Source of the DNA: an uncultured delta proteobacterium
GTDB lineage: Bacteria; Myxococcota_A; Polyangia; Polyangiales; Polyangiaceae
Direction of reading: 5' to 3'
NCBI GenBank assembly: GCA_963716725.1
Contig: CAVQUB010000005.1
Span: 384,001-448,000, forward strand
Length of the DNA: 64,000 nt
Part shown: positions 53,222 to 63,097 of the stretch, piece after piece
Position numbering within the stretch: the stretch's first letter is position 1
Layout: the number at the start of each line of letters is the position of its first letter
Notes under the pieces: generated by a model
The model's input: the letters and a program-made list of their open reading frames with translations, nothing else
What the model was told of the DNA's origin: nothing
The model's database searches: none
Program-made: the position numbers and the translations under genes

Positions 53222-53803
53222 ATGGAGCTGGGTGAGCTTTGGGCTTGGGTCACCGCGATCGCGCTCGGCGTCGGCTTGGCGGCGACGGCGGGGCTGCGCG
53301 CCTGGCTACCGCTACTGCTCGCCGGAGCGCTCGCGCGCTTCGACGTGGTGTCCCTCGGCGAGAGCTTCGGGTTTCTGTCGTCGACGCCGGCGCTGGTCCT
53401 GTTTGCCGTAGCGACCGTGGTCGAGATTGTCGCGGACAAGATCCCCGCCGTCGACCACGTGCTCGATCTCGTCTCCACGGTGGTGCGTCCCGCCGCCGGC
53501 GCGCTCTTGGCCGCCTCCGCGCTCTACCAGGTGAACGATCCCTTGATCGCGGTCGTGATCGGGATCTGCGTGGGAGCGCCCGTCGCTCTGGGCCCCCACG
53601 TCGCGAAGTCGGCGTTCCGCGCGGCGTCGTCGGCCACCACCGCTGGCATCGCCAATCCCATCGTCAGCTTCGTCGAAGACGGCCTGGCCATCGCGCTCTT
53701 CGTGCTGGCGGTGGTCCTGCCGATCTTGGCGGCGCTGATGGTCGCCGTGATCGCCTACCTGGTCATTCGACGACTCCGCCGCCCCGCGGTCGCGCCGGCG
53801 TGA
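53222..53803 (+). CDS. DUF4126-like membrane protein
   Basis: AGLRAWLP, EIVADKIPAVDH, NPIVSFVED. Confidence 0.8.
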   Translation: MELGELWAWVTAIALGVGLAATAGLRAWLPLLLAGALARFDVVSLGESFGFLSSTPALVLFAVATVVEIVADKIPAVDHVLDLVSTVVRPAAGALLAASALYQVNDPLIAVVIGICVGAPVALGPHVAKSAFRAASSATTAGIANPIVSFVEDGLAIALFVLAVVLPILAALMVAVIAYLVIRRLRRPAVAPA

Positions 53804-53804
53804 G

Positions 53805-54062
53805 TCACTCGGGGAAGGTCTCCCAGAGCCCGATCGTTCGACGTCGGCGTGCTTTGGCCACCGAGAAGGCATCGAGCGCGACGATGGCCGACACGATGTA
53901 GCCGACCCCGCAGGAAGCGATCACCAACGCCATGATCACCAGGCCCTTGGCGACTTGACCGAGGATCACGTGGCCGAGCCCGGGGGCGAGCACGCTCAGC
54001 ACGATGGCCACGAGGTCGGTGCCGTCGAGCTGGCTGGTGGTCGGGGAGGGCAGTGCTTCCAT
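53805..54062 (-). CDS. Small membrane protein (TM2-like)
   Basis: AIVLSVLAPGLGHVILGQVAKG motif. Confidence 0.65.
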   Translation of the reverse strand: MEALPSPTTSQLDGTDLVAIVLSVLAPGLGHVILGQVAKGLVIMALVIASCGVGYIVSAIVALDAFSVAKARRRRTIGLWETFPE

Positions 54063-54151
54063 GGTTTCGAACGCGTCCTTTCGAGGTGCCGGGGTCGATC
54101 GGCGCCGTCGAGGAGCTGTTCGTGGAGGCGGGGGCGATTATTTCGCGAGCG

Positions 54152-54601
54152 TCAGGGGCTGAACTGGAAGGTCCAGCTCGCCGCCGTGGCGTCCCGGGCC
54201 GCGTTGAACGAGATCGCGACGATGCCCTGGGTCAGACACGCGTGCAGGGCGCGATCGGCGAGGGGAACGCCTGGCAGGGTGATGCCCGGCGGCGGGACGT
54301 CGGTGGCTCGGACCACCTGACCCTGCTGCGCGATGTCGAAGAAAATCGTGGCCGTCCCGCTCTTGCCCAGCACGAACGACTCACTGCGCCGGTAGCAGTC
54401 GGAAAAGCGCGCGGTGTTCGCGGTGACTGCCGCAGAGATGTCCTCGCGGCTTCGCTCCGGCAGGTGCGCGACGGAGGGCGGTGCCCCTTGCGCCGGCCCG
54501 GGCTCGAAGGGTGGCGGGTAGCGCGGCGGAGGGCGAGCGGGAGCGCTGGATTCGCAGGCGATGAGCCCGACCGCAAACAGGGTGGGTACAACTCGTTGCA
54601 T
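54152..54601 (-). CDS. Lipoprotein with AgmX/PglI C-terminal (TonB-C-like) domain
   Basis: Lipobox LIAC, Pro-rich linker, then DCY...G......FDI...GQV...CL...ISF pattern; GGAGG RBS. Confidence 0.6.
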   Translation of the reverse strand: MQRVVPTLFAVGLIACESSAPARPPPRYPPPFEPGPAQGAPPSVAHLPERSREDISAAVTANTARFSDCYRRSESFVLGKSGTATIFFDIAQQGQVVRATDVPPPGITLPGVPLADRALHACLTQGIVAISFNAARDATAASWTFQFSP

Positions 54602-54702
54602 TTCGCCTCCGCCTATTTCGCCCATCGTGGAGTCGTCCGCCATCGATTTTCCGGCGGACTGGTTTGACGAGCCCCTGCGCCTCTGCAAAGACCTCCGAGT
54701 TC

Positions 54703-55941
54703 ATGGGCTCCCCGCTCCGCGTGTTGCTCGCAGCGCTGACGTTCAGCGCGCTGTTCGTGGCCACGCGGCCTGCGCACGCTTACACCTGGATGATCCGCCA
54801 CGGCTACGGCGGTTGCACCACCTGTCACACCGATCCATCCGGTGGCGAGACGCTCACCCGGTACGGACGCGCACAGAGCGACCTGCTCTTGCGCATGCGC
54901 TACGGCGGTGCCAGCGCATCGACCGCGGCGGGCGGCAGCGAACAACCGAGCGCTTCGTCGGGCTTCTTGTGGGGACTCTTCGAGCAGCCCGACTGGATGC
55001 TCTTTGGAGGCAGCCTGCGCAGTGCGGGCCAGCTCAGCGGCAGCAAGTTCCGTTACTTCCCGATGCAAGCGGACGTCTACGGCCAAGTCGCTTTCGGTCC
55101 TGTGCGGATCGGCGGCAGCCTGGGCGCCGCGAAAGTAAAGTCCGGTTCGCCCCACGCTCGCGCTGCGCAAGTGACCGCCAATCAAGGCGATGAGCTCAAT
55201 TTGATTTCGCGGACCCACTGGCTGGGCGTCGACTTCGGAGGCCCTGGTGATTTGCGCCTGCGAGCGGGGCGACTGAACCTGCCCTTCGGCATCCGCATGA
55301 GCGAGCACATCATGTGGGTTCGGGAGGCGACGCGCACCGACCGCGAGTCCGATCAGCACCACGGCGCCGCTATCGCGTTCAACGGCAGTCACCTGCGCGG
55401 CGAACTCATGGCCATCGCGGGCAACTACCAGGTCAGCCCCGACCGGTATCGCGAGCGCGGTTACAGCTTGTACCTCGAGGCGCTGGCGTCGCGCTCCGTC
55501 GCGGCAGGCGCGAGCAGCTTGCTCGCTTTCTCGAAGGCCGACCGGATCACGTTGGAGCAAGGCAGCACCGCTCGGGGCGCGCACGGAGCCTTTGCGCGCT
55601 TCGCGCCGGCGCCGCCCCTGGCCATCTTGGTGGAGGCCGACGCACTGCACCTGTCCCGGCGCGACCTGGGCTACGTGGGGTTCATCCAGGCGGACTACGA
55701 GCCCGTTCAAGGTCTGCACTTCAGCGCGACGGGGGAAGTGGCGGACCTTGGCTACCAGCGGCGGCCCGGCGACTCGCTCGGCATCGACCGACCGCGGCGG
55801 CCCGGCGCCGGCGAGCCGCGCTTCGGCGGCTGGCTCACCGCGGATTGGTTCTTTCTGCCGCATTGCGAGCTACGCGTCGACGCCATCGTTCGTCAGGACG
55901 ACCCCTTCACCCTGCTCAGCCAACTGCACGTCTTCCTGTGA
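54703..55941 (+). CDS. Outer-membrane beta-barrel-like protein with N-terminal c-type heme motif
   Basis: Signal peptide ending AHA, CTTCH, alternating beta-strand patterns, GR..LPFG, C-terminal QLHVFL. Confidence 0.7.
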   Translation: MGSPLRVLLAALTFSALFVATRPAHAYTWMIRHGYGGCTTCHTDPSGGETLTRYGRAQSDLLLRMRYGGASASTAAGGSEQPSASSGFLWGLFEQPDWMLFGGSLRSAGQLSGSKFRYFPMQADVYGQVAFGPVRIGGSLGAAKVKSGSPHARAAQVTANQGDELNLISRTHWLGVDFGGPGDLRLRAGRLNLPFGIRMSEHIMWVREATRTDRESDQHHGAAIAFNGSHLRGELMAIAGNYQVSPDRYRERGYSLYLEALASRSVAAGASSLLAFSKADRITLEQGSTARGAHGAFARFAPAPPLAILVEADALHLSRRDLGYVGFIQADYEPVQGLHFSATGEVADLGYQRRPGDSLGIDRPRRPGAGEPRFGGWLTADWFFLPHCELRVDAIVRQDDPFTLLSQLHVFL

Positions 55942-55946
55942 CCGCC

Positions 55947-56444
55947 ATGATCTCCAAGCCCCCATCAACGCGAGGCCTCGGCACCACGGCATTGCTTCTG
56001 CTTTGGGCTGCGTCCGCGGTGGCCTCGCCGGAGTACCCGACCGCCGTGCAAGAGGCAGCGGGGTCGCCTTGTCCGCCTCCTTGCACGCTGTGCCACGAGA
56101 CCACCAACGGCGGCTTTGGCACGGTCACCAAGCCCTTTGCGGACGCCATGCTCAACGACGGGCTCGAGGGCGAGGACGTCTCACTGGTGGCGCCCGCTAT
56201 CGAAGCGCTGCGAGCCAATCAGATCGACAGTGACGACGATGGCGTCGGCGACATCGCGGAGCTGGCGAGCGGTCGGGACCCGAACCTCCCGGGCGGGGGC
56301 GACCTGTGCGGGCCCCAGTACGGTTGCGGCGCGCAGGTCGCATCGGCCCCGGCGGTCGGCGTCCACGCGCTCGCGCTCGCACTCGCGGGTGCGGCGTTGC
56401 TTGGCGCTCGCCTTCGTCGCCGTCGCAGCGCAGCGCGCGGGTGA
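55947..56444 (+). CDS. Monoheme c-type protein with Ca-binding DxDxDG motif and MYXO-CTERM-like sorting tail
   Basis: Signal peptide, CTLCH, DSDDDGVGD.AEL..G.DPN, YGCG followed by a hydrophobic helix and RRRR. Confidence 0.7.
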   Translation: MISKPPSTRGLGTTALLLLWAASAVASPEYPTAVQEAAGSPCPPPCTLCHETTNGGFGTVTKPFADAMLNDGLEGEDVSLVAPAIEALRANQIDSDDDGVGDIAELASGRDPNLPGGGDLCGPQYGCGAQVASAPAVGVHALALALAGAALLGARLRRRRSAARG

Positions 56445-56677
56445 GCTCGAGCCCTGGACGCCAGGGATCGCCAAGACCGCCACCCGTGGCGCCGCGTCGT
56501 CGGATTGGCGACCGCTGGCGCCCGTTCCGCCATTTTCTCGGTTTTCTGGGGTTGCGCTCGCGTCCTTCTTCGAAAATCCCGACAAATAAGGGCTGACGCG
56601 CCCTCGCCTGGGAGAGTACCCTCCGCCCCCGTTTCGGCCCCATCCCTGCCGTGCTCCGCAGGCCGAAAGCTCCGGTC

Positions 56678-57223
56678 ATGGACCCCATCGCATTTGGCAT
56701 CGTCGCGGCCTGCCTGCTGCTAGCAGCGCTGCTCGTGGTGACGAGCAAGAACCTGGTGCACGCGGTGCTGTGGCTTGCCGTGACGCTGGCGACCACCTCG
56801 GCGCTCTTCGTGCTGCTGCAGGCGCCGTTTCTGGCTGGCATTCAGGTCCTGCTCTACACCGGCGGCGTCATCACGCTGATGCTCTTCGGGGTGATGCTCA
56901 CCCGCCGTCACGAGCGAGTATTCATCGAGAACGAGACCTCAGCACGGCGGCGTTTCCCAGCGCTCCTCGCCGCCGGCGTCCTCTTCGGAGTCATCGCGTG
57001 GGCCACCGCCCGGACGCCCAACTTGCCGAACCGACCGGGTCGCTACGTTACCGCCGACGAGATCGGGAAGTCCTTCCTCGGGGAGCACCTGCTCGCCTTC
57101 GAGCTGCTCAGCATCTTGCTCCTGATCACCATGATCGGCGCCATCGTGCTGGCGCGAAAGGTCGATTTCGGCAAGCAGCAAGCGCGGGGCGTCCCAGTTC
57201 GCGGCGAGAGGGCGGCCCGATGA
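56678..57223 (+). CDS. nuoJ: NADH-quinone oxidoreductase subunit J
   Basis: NLVHAVLWL, QVLLYTGG, FELLSILLLITMIGAIVLAR. Confidence 0.92.
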   Translation: MDPIAFGIVAACLLLAALLVVTSKNLVHAVLWLAVTLATTSALFVLLQAPFLAGIQVLLYTGGVITLMLFGVMLTRRHERVFIENETSARRRFPALLAAGVLFGVIAWATARTPNLPNRPGRYVTADEIGKSFLGEHLLAFELLSILLLITMIGAIVLARKVDFGKQQARGVPVRGERAAR

Positions 57224-57519
57224 CGATGCAGCCGCTCATATTGCTGTCTGCGGCGCTGTTTTGCGTCGGCATCTACGGCGTGGTGTCGCGCCGCAACGTG
57301 ATCGGCATCCTGCTCAGCGTCGAGCTGATGATGAACGCCGTGAACATCAACTTCGTGGCTTTCTCGCACCACCACGGCAGCCACGTCGGCCAGACCTTCG
57401 CCCTGTTTTCCATCGCGCTCACCGTGGCCGAAGTGGTGGTGGGGCTGGCGCTCGTGATTTTGCTCTACCGCTCGCGCAAGGACGTGGCGGTGGACGGCGC
57501 GCGGGCGCTCGGGGAGTGA
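57220..57519 (+). CDS. nuoK: NADH-quinone oxidoreductase subunit K
   Basis: RRNVIGILLSVELMMNAVNINF, GQ.FALF, AEVVVGLAL. Confidence 0.92.
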   Translation: MTMQPLILLSAALFCVGIYGVVSRRNVIGILLSVELMMNAVNINFVAFSHHHGSHVGQTFALFSIALTVAEVVVGLALVILLYRSRKDVAVDGARALGE

Positions 57520-57523
57520 TGAG

Positions 57524-59351
57524 ATGATCCTTGGTCTCACCCCCGTGACTTGGGCGCTCGTGGCGCTTTTCGGGCCCGCCCTCGCGGCGCTGATCATCGG
57601 CGTGGCTGCGCCGCTGCGCAAGCAGGGCAAGCCAGCGGCCTACTTGGCGGTGGCGGCGGCCGCGCTGTCGCTGCTCGCGGCCGTCGCGCTCATGCTGCGC
57701 CAACTGGGCGCGCCGGCGGAGGCGCTGGTCACGACCACGCGCTGGTTGCCCTCCGCGGGCCAGACCATCGCCGAGATCGGCGTGCGCATCGACGGCATCA
57801 GCGTGCCCATGTTGCTGGTCGTGACGCTGGTGGCCACCTGCGTGCAGGTCTTCTCCCTCGGCTACATGGCCGACGAGCCGCCGCCGGCCTTCGGCCGCTA
57901 CTTTGGCTACCACTCGCTGTTCATCTTCAGCATGAACACCCTGGTGCTCGCACCCAACGTGCTCCAGCTCTTCGATTGGCTGGGAGCTGGTCGGGCTGAC
58001 CAGCTACCTGCTCATCGGCTTCTACTGGCAGAAGCCCAGCGCAGCGCGCGCGGCGGTGAAGGCCTTCTGGATCACCAAGCTCGCCGACATCGGCTTCGTC
58101 GCCGGCGTCGTGTTGCTCTTCGTTTCGACGGGAAGCTTCAGTTGGACGGCGCCATCGGATCCGACGCTGCACATGTGGATCGGCTTCTGCCTGTTCGTCG
58201 CCGTCATGGGCAAGAGCGCACAGTTCCCGCTGCACGTCTGGCTGCCCGACGCGATGGAAGGCCCGACGCCGGTGTCGGCGCTTGCTGCACGCCGCCACCA
58301 TGGTCGCCGCCGGTGTCTACCTGGTCGTGCGCGCAAATCCGCTCTTCGAGTCCGCTGCCGGTGCGCGAGCTCATGACCTGGCTCGGCGCGTTCACGGCGC
58401 TCTTCGCCGCCGTGCATCGCGGTGGTGCAGACCGACATCAAGAAGGTGCTCGCCTACTCGACCTGCTCGCAGCTCGGCTACATGGTCAGCGCGCTGGGCG
58501 CGGGCTCGCTCATGGGCGGCTACTTCCACCTGACCACCCACGCGTCGTTCAAGGCGCTGCTCTTCCTCGGGGCCGGCAGCGTGATCCACGCGGTGCACTC
58601 CAACGAGCTTTCGGACATGGGCGGGCTCTGGAAGCAGATGAAGCTGACGGGCGCCACCTTCGTCGTCGGCGCGCTGGCGCTGGCGGGCGTGCCGGGCCTG
58701 GCGGGCTTCTTCAGCAAGGATCTGATCCTCGAGGCTTTGTACGAGAAGCAGCAATTCGGTCCCCTCGGCATGCTGATGGTCGCGGCCTTCTTGACCGCCT
58801 TCTACATGGGACGCGTCGTCTTTCTGACCTTCTTCGGCAAACCCAGCAAGAAGGCGAAGCACGCCCATGAAGGCGGGCTCAGCATGCAGGCCCCGCTGGT
58901 GCTGCTCGCGGTGCTGGCGCTGGTGGCGGGTTACTTCGGCAACCAATTCGCCGCTCTCTATGGCACCAAGTATCACTTTCACCTGGGCGCGGTCGGCGGC
59001 ATTGCGACGGTGCTCGGCTTGGGCGGCATCCTGCTGGCCTATTTGATCTACGGCAGGCGCTCGGTGCCCGAGTCGACCTTCGCGTTCCTCGGGCCCGTCG
59101 GGCGGCTCGCGCGTTCGGGCGCAGTGGACCGCGCGTACCTGTTCGGTTTCCACAAGCTCGCGCTCGGCCTCGCCGGGGCCATCGGCTGGTTCGATCGCTA
59201 CGTGATCGACGGTCTGATCAACCTGTTGGGCTGGGCCACCATCATGGCTGGCCGGCGTGTGCGCAGGATCCAGACCGGCAACGCCGCTGACTACGTCTAC
59301 GCGGTCATCGCCGGCGCGGTCGTGCTCGCCACCTGGGGCGTCCTCCGATGA
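57524..59351 (+). CDS. nuoL: NADH-quinone oxidoreductase subunit L (frameshifts near 57974, 58283, 58360, 58412)
   Basis: Fragments WELVGLTSYLLIGF, GKSAQFPLHVWLPDAMEGPTPVSA, HAATMV, DIKKVLAYST.SQLGYM, HASFKALLFL, GFFSKD. Confidence 0.88.
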
Positions 59352-60932
59352 TGGGTCTGCCGCTGCTCAGCCTGATCGTGGCCGCGCCCTTCGTGGCCGC
59401 GCTGATCTTGTTCGTCGTGCCTGGCGCACAGCGCGGGCTGGTGCGCTGGATTTCGCTCCTGGGCGCGTCGGTGTCGCTGGCCGGCAGCGTGCAGGTCGCG
59501 CGCGTGTACGACCTGGGCCAGGGTGGCCTGCAGCTGCCGGAGCGTTATCCGCTGGTGCCGAGCCTCGGCATCGAACTCAACCTGGCGGTCGACGGCTGGG
59601 GCGTGTCGCTGCTCCTGCTCACCGGCATCATCATCTTCGCCGGGGTGCTCGCGAGCTGGACGCTGAAGGAGCGCGACAAGGAGTTCTTCATCTTCTTGCT
59701 GGTGCTCGTCACCGGCGTCTTCGGCGTCTTCGTCTCGCAGGACCTGTTCGTCTTCTTCCTGTTCTACGAGATCGCCGTCCTGCCGATGTACCTGCTGATC
59801 GGCATCTGGGGTTCGAGCCACGCGGTGACCGAGGCAGGGCCCTTCCGCTTCGTGTGGAAGCTACTCGACATCGGCGGCCAACGAGTACGCGGCGATGAAG
59901 CTGACGCTGATGCTGCTGGTCGGCTCGGCCTTCATCCTGGTCGCCATCTTCGCCATGTACGTCGAGGCGGGCGCGCGCACCTTCGACATGGCCGTGCTCG
60001 GTAGCCACCCTTACAGCCGCGGATCTGCAGCTGTGGGCGTTCCCGTTCCTCTGGCTCGGCTTCGGCTCGCTCGGCCGGCGTCTTTCCCTTCCACACCTGG
60101 TCGCCCGACGGCCACGCCTCGGCGCCGACCGCGGTGTCCATGCTGCACGCCGGCGTGCTGATGAAGCTCGGCGCCTTCGGCGTGATGCGAGTCGGCATGG
60201 TGATGCTGCCCGAGGGCGCTCAGGTCTGGGCACCCTGGGTCGGCGGCGTCGCCGTCATCAACATCGTCTACGGCGCGCTCTGCGCCATGAGCCAGAAGGA
60301 TCTCAAGTACATCATCGCGTACTCGTCGGTCAGCCACATGGGCATCGTCATGCTCGGGGCGGCGACGCTGACGCCCAACGGCTGGAACGGCGCCGTCTTC
60401 CAGATGTTCGCCCACGGCATCATGACCGGCCTGTTCTTCGCCCTGGTCGGCCTGGTCTACGAGCGCGCGCACTCACGCCACGTGCCCAGCATGGGCGGCT
60501 TCGCCAAGACCGATGCCGGCGGTCGCGGTGTTCTTCACGCTCGCCGGCCTGTCCTCGCTCGGCCTGCCGGGCACCGCCGGCTTCGTCGCCGAGATCCTGG
60601 TCTTCCTCGGCGCCTGGCAGAGCCCGCATTGGTGGTGGGCGATCCCGGGCATCGTCGGCGCGTTCATCACGGCGGTCTACGTGCTGCGTGCCGTGCGGCA
60701 GATCTTCTGGGGTCCCGGACCCAGCGAGAAGTTCCACGATCTCTCCGACGCCTCCAAGACCGAGTGGGGCGCGCCCATCGTGCTCGGGACCTGCATCGTG
60801 GTCTTCGGCGTCTACCCGGTGATCGTCCTGGACTACATCGACAAGGCGACGCCGATGTACCTGCAGCAGGCCAAGGGCACATCGCGCCTGGCTCGAGCAC
60901 CGGCAACAACGCAGCCGCGAGGTGAGCGGTGA
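59348..60932 (+). CDS. nuoM: NADH-quinone oxidoreductase subunit M (frameshifts near 59880, 60020, 60070, 60512)
   Basis: FFLFYEIAVLPMYLLIGIWG, FPFHTWSPDGH, MKLG, IAYSSVSHMG, QMFAHG, GLPGTAGFVAE. Confidence 0.88.
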
Positions 60933-62392
60933 ACGTCTCCCTCGCCGATCTCCTGCCGCTGAGCCTCGATCTGGCGCTGTGCGCCGGCATCTTGCTCACC
61001 TTCGTTGCCGACCTGCTCTCGGGGCCAAAACCGAACCGCGCCATCGGCGTGATCCCGGCCGCCACTTTTGCCGGCGCGCTGATCGCGTCGTTCCAGATGG
61101 ATCTCGACGGCAGCGCCTTCGGTGGCGCGTATGTCGGCGATCATTGGTCGCTCTTCTTCAAACGCGCGTTCCTGGCGGCGGGTCTCTTGACCACGCTCGG
61201 CAGCATGGATCACGTGGCGGAGCGTCAACCCCACCGGCAGGGCGAGTACTACCTGCTCTTGATGTGCAGCGTGCTCGGCATGACGCTCCTGCCGGGCGCC
61301 CGAGATCTGGTGCTGCTGATCGTCGCCTTCGAGCTGATGGGGCTGCCGCTCTTCGTGCTGGCTGCCTTCGCCAAGACCGAAGATCCGAAGGGCGTCGGCA
61401 AGGACGGACCCGAGGCGGCGCTCAAGCTCTACCTGGTCGGCGCCGTGAGCGCGGCCCTCACGCTCTTTGGCATGTCCTTCGTCTACGGCATGACTGGCGC
61501 GACCCGCATCGAGGCCATCGCCCAGACCCCGGTGACGCCCCTCTTCGTCGTGGGCGTGATGCTGGTGCTCGCGGGCATGGCCTTCAAGATCGGCGTCGTG
61601 CCCTTCCACATGTGGGTGCCTGACACCTACCAGGGCGCGCCCACGCCCTTCGTGGCCTTCCTGTCAGTGGCCCCCAAACTCGCTGGTTTTGCCGCCCTCG
61701 CCACGCTGCTCATGCACGGCTTTGCCCAGGTGCGGAGCGAATGGCAGCCGATCCTGATGGCGCTCTCGCTGGTCAGCATGGTGCTCGGCAACCTGCTCGC
61801 GGTGGTGCAGACCAACGTGAAGCGCATGCTGGCGTACTCCGGCATCGGGCACGTCGGCTACATGCTGATGGCCTTCATCTCTGGTGCCGGTGGCACCACC
61901 ATGCTGCTGTTTTACTTCGTCGCCTACTTGGTCACCAATATCGGCGCATTCCAGGTCGTCGAGGCCGTCGAGCGCGAGAGTGGAGACTGCTCGCTGGCAG
62001 CATTTCGAGGCATGTGGAAGCGCTCGCCAATGCTCGCTTTTGCGATGCTGATCTTCCTGCTCTCGTTGGCGGGCATTCCCTTCGTGGTGGGCTTCTGGGC
62101 CAAGCTCTACGTGTTCATCGCCGCCTGGCAGAGCGGGCTCTACCTGCTGGTGATCTTGGGCGCCGTGCTGGCCGTGGTCGGGCTCTTCTACTACATGCAG
62201 GTGGCTCGCTCGATGTACATGACGCCGCCTGACCACGACCGCCCGTTCCGGGCCCCGCCTGCGCTCATGCTGTCCGTGGTGCTCTGCTTGGTAGGCGTGG
62301 TGGCCTTCGGCGCCTGGCCGCGGAGCGTGCTCGACGACGCGACCCGCGCGACGCAGCCCTTCGTGTCGGCGCGAGCGGCGCTGCTGCGCTGA
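60929..62392 (+). CDS. nuoN: NADH-quinone oxidoreductase subunit N
   Basis: FKIGVVPFHMWVPDTYQGAPTP, KRMLAYSGIGHVGY, LSLAGIP..GF.AK; intact frame. Confidence 0.93.
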   Translation: MNVSLADLLPLSLDLALCAGILLTFVADLLSGPKPNRAIGVIPAATFAGALIASFQMDLDGSAFGGAYVGDHWSLFFKRAFLAAGLLTTLGSMDHVAERQPHRQGEYYLLLMCSVLGMTLLPGARDLVLLIVAFELMGLPLFVLAAFAKTEDPKGVGKDGPEAALKLYLVGAVSAALTLFGMSFVYGMTGATRIEAIAQTPVTPLFVVGVMLVLAGMAFKIGVVPFHMWVPDTYQGAPTPFVAFLSVAPKLAGFAALATLLMHGFAQVRSEWQPILMALSLVSMVLGNLLAVVQTNVKRMLAYSGIGHVGYMLMAFISGAGGTTMLLFYFVAYLVTNIGAFQVVEAVERESGDCSLAAFRGMWKRSPMLAFAMLIFLLSLAGIPFVVGFWAKLYVFIAAWQSGLYLLVILGAVLAVVGLFYYMQVARSMYMTPPDHDRPFRAPPALMLSVVLCLVGVVAFGAWPRSVLDDATRATQPFVSARAALLR

Positions 62393-62413
62393 ACGCCCAC
62401 GTGTTGGCGTTCA
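62390..62413. terminator. Inverted repeat between convergent genes (possible bidirectional terminator)
   Basis: TGAACGCC-cacgtgtt-GGCGTTCA; each arm begins with one gene's stop codon; no U-tract. Confidence 0.4.
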
Positions 62414-62890
62414 CTGCCTGAGCTGCTCTGCGCTGAGTTCGGCCCGCGCGCGCTCCAGCACACGCAGGGCCGTCGCATGCCCGACAAGGTCGCGCTCCGT
62501 CATGATCGGAGGTACGTCGTCGATGGGGACCAAGCTCACCCAACGCGCTCGCTCGGAGCGACCAACGTGCTCCGGATGCGAGCGGAGGTGGTCCACGGCG
62601 ACGCGCGTCGCGACGGTGGTGAGCCAGGCCACGAACGCCGCCTCGCTCTTGCCGCCCGTTGACTGCAAGAAGGCCCGCAAGCGACGGAAGCCGCCCTCGC
62701 GCAGCTTGGCCATGACCCGCAGCACGATCTCGCGCCGGTCGTCGGCGCTCTTGCAGAGTGGACCGGTGAGTTGCCAACGGCCGCTCACGGACCAGATGCG
62801 GGGCTCCACCCGCTGCCACAGCGCGTGCCACGCGCTCGTGTCCCCCTCGAGGACCCGGGCCGCCAGCTCGGTCAAGTCGTCGCCGCTCAC
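62411..62890 (-). CDS. ECF sigma region-2-like protein lacking region 4
   Basis: LAARVLEGDTSAWHALW...DDRREIVLRVMAKL...FVAWLTTVATRVAVDHLRS; stops at ELSAEQLRQ. Confidence 0.6.
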   Translation of the reverse strand: MSGDDLTELAARVLEGDTSAWHALWQRVEPRIWSVSGRWQLTGPLCKSADDRREIVLRVMAKLREGGFRRLRAFLQSTGGKSEAAFVAWLTTVATRVAVDHLRSHPEHVGRSERARWVSLVPIDDVPPIMTERDLVGHATALRVLERARAELSAEQLRQ

Positions 62891-63097
62891 TTCATGGATT
62901 GAACGGCGCTTGCGGGAAAACTGTCACGCGAGGAAATGCCGAATCTGAGTTCGGCGCCGAGGAGGCCGGCCGGCTGCCCCTGCCTTTCGACCGGCCGTGG
63001 GCGGTTCGCTGGGCCAGGTTTGAAAGAAGCTTCGCGCCCCAGGCGGACGACCCCCGAGTGATGCTGCCACCGGGTCCAGTGGTATGCTCCCGCCATC

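Noticed and set aside
57524..60932. Programmed frameshifting in nuoL/nuoM
   Set aside because: No consistent slippery sequences are present; multiple scattered single-base indels fit sequencing error better.
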